From an uncultured Gammaproteobacteria bacterium (lineage in GTDB: Bacteria; Patescibacteriota; Patescibacteriia; XYB2-FULL-38-15): a stretch of DNA of 64,000 bases. The position numbers and the translations under genes were made by a program. Shown piece by piece: positions 56,722 to 64,000 of this stretch (positions are counted from its first letter, which is position 1; every line of letters begins with the position of its first letter). Under the pieces are notes generated by a model, which made no database searches, was not told the DNA's origin, and saw only the letters and a program-made list of their open reading frames with translations. The DNA lies in NCBI GenBank assembly GCA_965231095.1, contig OZ246416.1:805595-869594 (forward strand), given 5' to 3'.

Positions 56722-58014
56722 ATGCAATCCATTTTATTGAAAGATATCAGTCAATATTTGAACCAGGAAGTCGCGATCCGCGGCTGGATTTATAATTTTC
56801 GTTCCTCGGGCAGTATCTTTTTTTTGCAAGTCCGAGATGGCTCCGGCTTTGTCCAGGCGATTGTTTCTAAAAAAGAAGTGGCGCCGGAGATTTGGGAAGC
56901 GTGTGAAAAAATAACGATAGAAACTTCAGTGGAAATTTCTGGCACGGTTAGTAAACATCCGAAAAAGGAAGAATACGAATTGCAAGTAAAAAATTTAAAA
57001 ATTGTCCAGGTTGCCGAAGAATATCCAATCGGGAAAAAAGAACATGGTCCGGATTTTCTTTTGGACATCCGCCACCTCTGGCTTCGTTCGGGAAAACAAT
57101 GGGCAACGCTGCGCGTGCGAAACACGATCATCAACGCGACCTATGAATATTTTAATCAAAATGGATTTATAAAAATTGATACGCCGATTTTGACGCCGAC
57201 CGCCTGCGAGGGAACAACAACTCTTTTTGAAGTTCCGTATTTTGATTTAGGGAAAGCATATCTCGCGCAATCTGGTCAGCTTTATTTGGAAGCGGCAGTT
57301 ATGAGTTTTGGCCGGTGCTTTGATTTTGGCCCAACTTTCCGGGCGGAAAAATCAAAAACCCGCCGGCATCTCACAGAATTTTGGATGATGGATGCCGAAG
57401 CGGCGTTTACCAACCATGAAGGTAATATGAAAATTCAGGAAGAATTGATTTGCCACATCGTTACGAGAGTTTTGGAAAAAAATAAAAAAGAATTGGAAAT
57501 TTTAGAAAGAGATATTTCAAAATTGGAAAAAGTTAGGGCGCCGTTTGGGCGGATGATCTACGCCGCGGCGATTAAAAAAGTTCAAGCATTGGGTTCCGAC
57601 ATTAAAGACGGAGAAGATTTGGGGGCGGACGATGAAACTTTATTGACGCAAGATTCTGACGTGCCGATTTTTGTGGAAAAATGGCCGCGGCAGATAAAAG
57701 CATTTTATATGAAACGCGATCCGGAAAATCCGGAAGTAGTTTTGGGTTCTGACTTAATCGCGCCGGAAGGCCACGGAGAAATTATCGGTGGCTCGGAGCG
57801 CGAAGATAATTATGATTTGCTTCTCGCGCGGATGAAAGAAGAAAAAATGCCCCTTGAAGATTTTCAGTGGTATTTGGATTTGCGAAAATACGGTTCGGTG
57901 CCACACTCCGGTTTTGGCTATGGGCTGGAGAGGATTGTCGGCTGGATGTGCGGGATTCATCATATTCGTGAAACGATTCCTTTTCCAAGAATGATTAATA
58001 GATTAAGACCATAA
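56722..58014 (+). CDS. asnS: asparaginyl-tRNA synthetase
   Basis: Class IIb with OB anticodon-binding domain. Motif 2 GPTFRAEKSKTRRHLTEFWMMDAE is AsnRS-specific. Motif 3 GFGYGLERIV. Confidence 0.85.
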   Translation: MQSILLKDISQYLNQEVAIRGWIYNFRSSGSIFFLQVRDGSGFVQAIVSKKEVAPEIWEACEKITIETSVEISGTVSKHPKKEEYELQVKNLKIVQVAEEYPIGKKEHGPDFLLDIRHLWLRSGKQWATLRVRNTIINATYEYFNQNGFIKIDTPILTPTACEGTTTLFEVPYFDLGKAYLAQSGQLYLEAAVMSFGRCFDFGPTFRAEKSKTRRHLTEFWMMDAEAAFTNHEGNMKIQEELICHIVTRVLEKNKKELEILERDISKLEKVRAPFGRMIYAAAIKKVQALGSDIKDGEDLGADDETLLTQDSDVPIFVEKWPRQIKAFYMKRDPENPEVVLGSDLIAPEGHGEIIGGSEREDNYDLLLARMKEEKMPLEDFQWYLDLRKYGSVPHSGFGYGLERIVGWMCGIHHIRETIPFPRMINRLRP

Positions 58015-58022
58015 AATTATTT

Positions 58023-59414
58023 ATGACGCGTACACTTATAAAAGACACAGTTAGTAAGGTAGGGGAGGAGGTGCTCCTCAAGGGCTGGGTCCATGTCCGC
58101 CGCGACATGGGAAAAATTATTTTTATTGATTTGCGCGACGCGACCGGTTTAATCCAGGTTGTTTTTGTTTCCAAAGATAAAGAATTTATGGCGGCGGCCG
58201 ATAAACTTCGCTCGGAATTTGTCGTGGCCATTACCGGAAAAGTAAACAAGCGGCCGGAAAAAATGGTTAATCCAAATCTCGCCACTGGCACAGTTGAACT
58301 TGAAGCGAAAAATCTGGAAATATTGAATGAATCAAAAACCTTGCCTTTTGAGATTGATAAAGATACGCTGCCAATTAGCGAAGAATTGAGAATGAAATAC
58401 AGGTATCTTGATTTGCGGAGCGAGCGGATGAGGAAAAATATTTTGTTGCGCAGTCAAATGTTAAATAAAATCAAGAATTTTTTGCACGAGCGAAATTTTG
58501 TGGAAATTGAAACGCCATATATTACCAAAGGTACTCCGGAAGGCGCGCGGGAATATATGGTTCCCTCGCGAATGCATGCCGGAAAATTTTACGTTCTGCC
58601 GCAATCTCCCCAGCAGTTTAAACAGTTGTTAATGGTTGCCGGGTTTGAAAAATATTTTCAGATCGCCAGATGTTTTCGCGACGAAGATCAGCGCGGCGAC
58701 CGCCAGCCGGAATTTACCCAGCTTGATATGGAAATGTCTTTTGTTGATCAAGAGGATGTAATGAAACTTACCGAAGAATTAATGATTCATTTGGCAAAAA
58801 CCGTGGCGCCGGAGAAGAAAATTAAAAAAACTCCCTTTCCGGTTTTGACCTATGACGAGGCGATAAAAAAATATAAAACCGATAAGCCGGATTTGCGTGA
58901 GGATAAAAAAGATCCAAATGAATTAGCTTTTTGTTGGGTAGTTGATTTTCCTCTTTTTGAATGGTCAGAGACTGATAAAAAACTTGTTTCATCGCACCAT
59001 CCTTTTACCATGCCACACAAAGAAGATTTGGAAGACTTGGAAGAACATCCGCTTGATGCCCGCGCTTACGCTTATGACCTGGTGTTAAACGGCTACGAAG
59101 TGGGCGGCGGCAGTATCAGAATTCATGACAGAAATTTACAATCAAAAATTTTTCGATTGCTCGGCGTTGGTAAAGACGACGCAGAATTACGCTTTGGCCA
59201 TATGTTTGAGGCCTTTACTTATGGTGCCCCACCGCACGGGGGTATTGCACCCGGTCTTGATAGATTGGCCATGCTTTTTGCCGGCGAACCGAATATTCGC
59301 GAAGTAATGGCTTTTCCCAAAACTTCTGACGCTCGCGATTTGATGATGGGCGCTCCGTCGGAACTGCCGGAAGCGCAACTTAAGGAAGCGCATATTAAGG
59401 TGGTGGAAAAATAA
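58023..59414 (+). CDS. aspS: aspartyl-tRNA synthetase (compact form lacking the bacterial GAD insertion)
   Basis: FRDEDQRGDRQPEFTQLDMEMSF (motif 2) and GGIAPGLDRL (motif 3). 463 aa. Confidence 0.9.
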   Translation: MTRTLIKDTVSKVGEEVLLKGWVHVRRDMGKIIFIDLRDATGLIQVVFVSKDKEFMAAADKLRSEFVVAITGKVNKRPEKMVNPNLATGTVELEAKNLEILNESKTLPFEIDKDTLPISEELRMKYRYLDLRSERMRKNILLRSQMLNKIKNFLHERNFVEIETPYITKGTPEGAREYMVPSRMHAGKFYVLPQSPQQFKQLLMVAGFEKYFQIARCFRDEDQRGDRQPEFTQLDMEMSFVDQEDVMKLTEELMIHLAKTVAPEKKIKKTPFPVLTYDEAIKKYKTDKPDLREDKKDPNELAFCWVVDFPLFEWSETDKKLVSSHHPFTMPHKEDLEDLEEHPLDARAYAYDLVLNGYEVGGGSIRIHDRNLQSKIFRLLGVGKDDAELRFGHMFEAFTYGAPPHGGIAPGLDRLAMLFAGEPNIREVMAFPKTSDARDLMMGAPSELPEAQLKEAHIKVVEK

Positions 59415-59415
59415 T

Positions 59416-59868
59416 ATGAAAATAGTTGTTTGTGGCAGTATTGAGTTTACGCCAAAAATAAAAGAAGCTGCCGATACTTTGACCGGACATGGCCATAAAG
59501 TGGAAATACCAATTACCAGTCAGAGAATAATTGACGGCGAACTGACGCTTGAGGATTTTTTGCGTGAAAAGGAAATAAACGGTGACACTTCTTTTAGAAA
59601 AAATATTGAGCGAAAAATTAAAGATGATGTGATTAAGCGTTATTTTAATATAATAAAAGAATCAGACGCTATTCTAGTTTTAAATTATGAGAAAAAGGGA
59701 GTAGCCGGATATATTGGGGGAAATACTTTTTTAGAAACGGGGTTTGCCCATGTTTTGAATAAAAAAATCTTTCTTTTAAATCCGGTTCCCGAGATGGGAT
59801 ACAAAGATGAAATAGTTGCCATGCAGCCGACGGTTTTGGACGGAGATTTGAGTAAAATTAGCAATTAG
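59416..59868 (+). CDS. nucleoside 2-deoxyribosyltransferase-like protein
   Basis: MKIVVCGSIEF and NTFLETGFAHVLNKKIFLL resemble the Rossmann-like nucleoside 2-deoxyribosyltransferase / PF15891 pattern with a conserved Glu. Confidence 0.45.
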   Translation: MKIVVCGSIEFTPKIKEAADTLTGHGHKVEIPITSQRIIDGELTLEDFLREKEINGDTSFRKNIERKIKDDVIKRYFNIIKESDAILVLNYEKKGVAGYIGGNTFLETGFAHVLNKKIFLLNPVPEMGYKDEIVAMQPTVLDGDLSKISN

Positions 59869-59909
59869 CTAGATATAGAATTAAGCGGTCGAAACGGCCG
59901 CTTTTTTAA

Positions 59910-59937
59910 TTTACAAATAAGCGTTTTTTTGGTATAA
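59910..59937 (+). promoter_or_regulatory. candidate promoter TTACAA-16-TATAAT
   Basis: Perfect -10 hexamer. Follows a terminator hairpin at 59882-59906. Confidence 0.4.
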
Positions 59938-59944
59938 TTAATTT

Positions 59945-60241
59945 ATGAAATTATCCCATCTCCAAAAGTATATTTTGGGCTTGGGTTACGCAGAAAAAGA
60001 CAAATTTGGCCGCGGAAAAATTTTGCGTTTTTACGACAAACAAAAACGGCCGCCCAAGATGGAGGATAGAGTAAATATTGTCACAAGATCTTTGGAAAGA
60101 TTAATTGACAAGGGTTTTCTTGTTGGCTACGGCGTGCGGACGCCGAAGAAGTGGTTTATTAAAGAGATAAAATTGACGGCGGTCGGGAGAAAAATAGCGC
60201 GCGGTCTGCAAGGAAAACAAGCGGCGTTACCTTTTAAATAA
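59945..60241 (+). CDS. hypothetical basic protein (98 aa)
   Basis: ORF only. Basic composition hints at nucleic-acid binding. Confidence 0.4.
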   Translation: MKLSHLQKYILGLGYAEKDKFGRGKILRFYDKQKRPPKMEDRVNIVTRSLERLIDKGFLVGYGVRTPKKWFIKEIKLTAVGRKIARGLQGKQAALPFK

Positions 60242-60279
60242 AAATTTCGTATTAAATATTAAGAAATATTTTTTATAAT

Positions 60280-62643
60280 ATGGAGGCAGAAAAATTTTTT
60301 GGCACAATGGACAGCAAGGCGAAAAAAGAATTAGCGGTCATTCCGCTCGTTGATGTTGTTGTTTTTCCGAGAGTTGCCCTGACTTTAATTGTGAAAAAAG
60401 AAAAAACTTTAAAAGCGCTTGATTATGCGATGCAGCACGATCAGCTTGCGGTTTGCGCTGCCGAGAAAAAAGACGTGGGAGATAAAATTACAAAAGATGA
60501 TCTTTATGAAATTGGTACGCTTGCCAAAATCAGGGAAATTACAAAACAGCCGGACGGTTCTGTTCGGATCGTAGTTGAGGGAATGATGCGCGCGAAAATT
60601 ACGGAATTTTTATCATTTGATCCGTTTATCAGAGTTAAAGTTATTCCGGCGCCGGAACCAAAGGTTATGAAAACCGAGAAGATTGAAGCCTTGATGTACA
60701 GCTTGATTAATCAGTTTAAAGAATGTGTTTCTCTTGGCGCGACGGTTCCTTTTGATGTGTTGCTCGTAATTTTAAATATTACCGATCCGTGGGAGCTGGC
60801 GGATTTGATGACAATAAATTTAGATTTTAAAGTTGACGAGAAGCAGGCGATTCTTGAAGCTGACAATATTGAAAATAAATTGGGGAAACTAGGGGAGTCC
60901 ATCGGGCGGCAGTTGAAAGTTTTGCGCATGGCCCAAAAAATTCAGGCGGAAACGGGAAAGGAATTGGGAAAAATGGAAAAGGAAATGTTTTTGCGCGAGC
61001 AGATGAAAACGATTGAAAAAGAATTGGGTATGGCCGGCGGGCGAAGTGAAAACGAAGAACTGAAAGAAAAAATAGAAAAAGCGGGCATGGCCCCCGAGGC
61101 AAAAGAGCAGGCTCTGAAAGAATTAGCTCGCCTTGAAAAAATGCCGTCATTTAGTCCGGAAATTTCTTATATCAGAACTTACCTTGATTGGCTAATTATG
61201 TTGCCGTGGTCGAAAAAAACCGAGAGTAAAGTTGATATTAAAAAAGCAAAAAATATTTTGGATGATGATCATTATGGTTTGGATAAAGTTAAAGAAAGAG
61301 TGTTGGAATATTTGGCCGTGCAAAAATTAGTGGGAAAAATTAAAGGCCCAATTCTTTGTTTTTCTGGTCCGCCAGGCACTGGCAAAACTTCTATTGGTAA
61401 AGCCATTGCCAGGGCGCTTGGCCGAAAATTTTTTAGAATGTCGCTTGGGGGAATTCGCGACGAAGCGGAAATTCGCGGCCATCGCCGAACTTATGTTGGC
61501 GCTCTGCCGGGAAGAATTATCCAGGGAATAAATACGGCCGGGACAAAAAATCCGGTTTTTATGCTTGATGAAATTGATAAAGTTGGCGCTGATTTTCGCG
61601 GTGATCCGTCGGCCGCGTTGCTTGAGGCGCTTGATCCGGAACAAAATTATTCTTTTTCTGATCATTATCTTGAAGTGCCCTTTGATCTTTCTGATGTAAT
61701 GTTTATTACCACGGCCAATGTCTTAGACACAATTCCTCCGGCGCTTCGCGATCGCATGGAAATGATTGAATTTCCCGGCTATATTGAAGAAGAAAAATTT
61801 CACATCGCGGAAAAATTTTTATTGCCAAAGCAGTTGAAAGAAAACGGGCTTGAAGATGGCAATAGATTAATAATTACCGAGCCGGCATTAAAAATAATTA
61901 TTAGAGAATATACGCGCGAGGCGGGCGTTCGCGAACTTGAACGGAATATCGCCGCTGTTTGTCGCAAAGTGGCGCGAAAAATCGCCGAGGGCGACAGTAA
62001 AAATTATAAAATCGGAATTTGCGATCTTCATCAGTTTTTAGGTCCGGCCAAATATCACACCACCATGGCCGAGAAAAAAGACGAAGTTGGGGTGGCAACC
62101 GGGCTTGCCTGGACGCAGGCGGGCGGAGAAATACTTTTGATTGAGGCGACAAAAATGCCGGGTAAGGGGCAGCTGATTTTAACCGGACAGCTCGGCAAAG
62201 TAATGCAGGAATCAGCGCAAGCCGCCTATTCTTATGCTAGATCGCGCGCTAAATCTTTTGGCATTAAAGATAAATTTTATAAAGATTCAGACATTCATAT
62301 TCATGTTCCGTCCGGGGCGATTCCGAAAGACGGTCCCTCGGCCGGAGTGGCGATGGCCACGGCGATTATTTCCGTTCTTACCGGGCGGCCGATTAAAAAA
62401 GACGTTGGCATGACCGGAGAGGTGACGCTTCGGGGACGGGCCATGGAAATCGGCGGAGTAAAAGAAAAAGTTTTAGCGGCGCACCGAGCTGATGTTAAAA
62501 CAATTGTTTTGCCGAAAGATAATGAAAAAGATTTGGAAGAAATCCCCGCGAACGTCAGAAAAGATTTAAAATTTATTTTGGCTAAAGACGTGGATGATGT
62601 TTTGAGGGCAGCAATGGGAAAACACTTAACAATTGATAATTAA
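60280..62643 (+). CDS. lon: ATP-dependent Lon protease
   Basis: LON N domain. AAA+ region GPPGTGKTSIGKAIARAL. Protease domain PKDGPSAGVAMATAIIS with Ser-Lys dyad. Confidence 0.95.
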   Translation: MEAEKFFGTMDSKAKKELAVIPLVDVVVFPRVALTLIVKKEKTLKALDYAMQHDQLAVCAAEKKDVGDKITKDDLYEIGTLAKIREITKQPDGSVRIVVEGMMRAKITEFLSFDPFIRVKVIPAPEPKVMKTEKIEALMYSLINQFKECVSLGATVPFDVLLVILNITDPWELADLMTINLDFKVDEKQAILEADNIENKLGKLGESIGRQLKVLRMAQKIQAETGKELGKMEKEMFLREQMKTIEKELGMAGGRSENEELKEKIEKAGMAPEAKEQALKELARLEKMPSFSPEISYIRTYLDWLIMLPWSKKTESKVDIKKAKNILDDDHYGLDKVKERVLEYLAVQKLVGKIKGPILCFSGPPGTGKTSIGKAIARALGRKFFRMSLGGIRDEAEIRGHRRTYVGALPGRIIQGINTAGTKNPVFMLDEIDKVGADFRGDPSAALLEALDPEQNYSFSDHYLEVPFDLSDVMFITTANVLDTIPPALRDRMEMIEFPGYIEEEKFHIAEKFLLPKQLKENGLEDGNRLIITEPALKIIIREYTREAGVRELERNIAAVCRKVARKIAEGDSKNYKIGICDLHQFLGPAKYHTTMAEKKDEVGVATGLAWTQAGGEILLIEATKMPGKGQLILTGQLGKVMQESAQAAYSYARSRAKSFGIKDKFYKDSDIHIHVPSGAIPKDGPSAGVAMATAIISVLTGRPIKKDVGMTGEVTLRGRAMEIGGVKEKVLAAHRADVKTIVLPKDNEKDLEEIPANVRKDLKFILAKDVDDVLRAAMGKHLTIDN

Positions 62644-62667
62644 CATTTAACTATTAGCCCTTGAGTT

Positions 62668-64000
62668 ATGAAAAAAATTATTTTGGCGATTAGTTTGGCA
62701 GCATTAATTTTACCGGCCGTGGTCTCCGCCGATGGCGCGATTTTTCCGCCGCCGGATTATTGGATGCAAGAAACAGATCAAAAAGCCGTGATCTTTCATG
62801 ATAAAAATACAGAAACGATGATCCTTTCCGTTACTTTTCAAGGTGACGCGGAAAATTTCAGTTGGATTGTCCCCACGCCAACCCGCCCAGAAGTTTCAAA
62901 ATCAACCGACGAACTTTTTACTTCTTTATCCGCTCTGACTGCGCCGGAATATGATTATGGAGTTATGCCAATGTATGGTGGGGTCGCGCGAGATGCGGCC
63001 GCCCCGGAAAGCGGTGTGGCGGTTTTGGAAACAAAAAAAGTTGAATATTATGACATCACCGTTTTGGAAGCTGACGATCCGGAAGCGTTGACCAAATGGT
63101 TGAAAGAAAATGAATATCAATTTCCCGAAGAAGGAAAATATTTATTTGATGATTACATAAATAATAGATGGTATTTTACCGCCATAAAACTTGATGCCGA
63201 GTCGTTGGGCGAGGGAGTGGAAGCGCAATTAAGACAAGGCCATGCCGTGCCGCTGAAATTTGTTTTTGCTTCTTCAAAAATTGTTTTTCCTTTAAAAATT
63301 TCCGGGATTGCCGAGTATTTTAAATACCCCGGTTACGGGCCAACTCCGCTTATGATGGAAAATGGCGCGACCGGAAGCGCGGGCGTTGCCGTTGAATCGG
63401 AATCTTTTACGCCGGATATGGCTCCAATTTCTGATTACTATTATCCTTGGCAGCCGGGCGTGAATATTCTTCTTTATGTTTTTTCTGATCATAAAAAAGA
63501 TTTGCCAGGATTTACAACTAGTTACGCCGATTGGGTTAAATCAAAAGATATTGAAAAGTTGGCCGTGGAATCAGATGGTGATTATTGGGTTACGCCCGAA
63601 GCAAAAAAATATTATCTAACAAAATTGTCCCGTTATATGCAGCCGTCGGAAATGACATACGATTTATATCTTCGCGACGCTGAGGATAATGATAAAGTTG
63701 GCGTGTCGGGCGGGAATTGGAAAAATATTTTAACAAGCATTTTAGTTTTTTTAATGATGCTTAGTATTTTTATTGTGATTGGTGCTCTTTCCCCGGTTGG
63801 TTTGGTTTTTATAGTTTGTACTCTCCTGCAATTTTTTTCCAAGCATAAAGTTGTAAAAATTATTGCTTGGATTTTGCAAGGATTAACTCTTTTGATTACC
63901 ATTTCTCTCGGAGCCCTTCTTTTCTTAGGGTGGTCGGCTTATGGCGTCGGGTATTGGATGGGGTCAATTTATGATTCCAGCATGGTCGCGGCGATTACCG
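62668..64000 (+). CDS. hypothetical secreted / membrane-anchored protein (signal peptide, C-terminal TM helices; 3' end beyond window)
   Basis: Not in the ORF track (no stop in window). MKKIILAISLAALILPAVVSADG signal peptide. Open frame to the window end with hydrophobic C-terminal segments. Confidence 0.5.
   Translation, partial: MKKIILAISLAALILPAVVSADGAIFPPPDYWMQETDQKAVIFHDKNTETMILSVTFQGDAENFSWIVPTPTRPEVSKSTDELFTSLSALTAPEYDYGVMPMYGGVARDAAAPESGVAVLETKKVEYYDITVLEADDPEALTKWLKENEYQFPEEGKYLFDDYINNRWYFTAIKLDAESLGEGVEAQLRQGHAVPLKFVFASSKIVFPLKISGIAEYFKYPGYGPTPLMMENGATGSAGVAVESESFTPDMAPISDYYYPWQPGVNILLYVFSDHKKDLPGFTTSYADWVKSKDIEKLAVESDGDYWVTPEAKKYYLTKLSRYMQPSEMTYDLYLRDAEDNDKVGVSGGNWKNILTSILVFLMMLSIFIVIGALSPVGLVFIVCTLLQFFSKHKVVKIIAWILQGLTLLITISLGALLFLGWSAYGVGYWMGSIYDSSMVAAIT

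Overview
This 64-kb window comes from a low-GC (about 40%) streamlined bacterial genome with strong housekeeping synteny. Several traits are consistent with a Patescibacteria/CPR-like organism, though that is an inference: native genes mostly lack Shine-Dalgarno sequences, L30 is absent between rpsE and rplO, S14 is type Z, ComEC is split, and type IV pilus genes are present.

Main content, in order:
- pilB (partial), ftsH and rpsA at the start.
- gyrA, rpmF, nusB and rnc, followed by tRNA-Arg and tRNA-Lys.
- A type IV pilin, hup, and a ymdB-rny pair.
- infB, trxA, trxB, gdhA and leuS.
- comEC with a separate MBL-fold domain ORF, ndk and tRNA-Pro.
- An HD hydrolase, eno, an rpmB missing from the ORF track, and an M50 protease.
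- The full str/S10/spc block from rpsL through secY, adk and map.
- ruvX, recO, asnS, aspS and lon.

Most interesting observations:
1. A three-gene operon whose central 431-aa protein carries HipA / PI3-PI4-kinase-like catalytic motifs.
2. leuS carries an in-frame insertion of about 205 aa with YdeN/RBBP9-type serine-hydrolase (alpha/beta-hydrolase) motifs, plus a C-terminal extension of about 160 aa.
3. Seven GC-rich (~60%) cassettes with consensus promoters, strong AAGGAGG ribosome-binding sites, intrinsic terminators and foreign codon usage sit between housekeeping genes. They look horizontally acquired and their functions are unknown.
4. A conserved bipartite intergenic motif occurs at two loci, with a compensatory stem and variable loop.
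5. tRNA-Pro is embedded in a 20-bp extended helix.
6. A 323-nt structured non-coding insert lies inside the S10 operon.

No CRISPR array, transposase or rRNA was seen.
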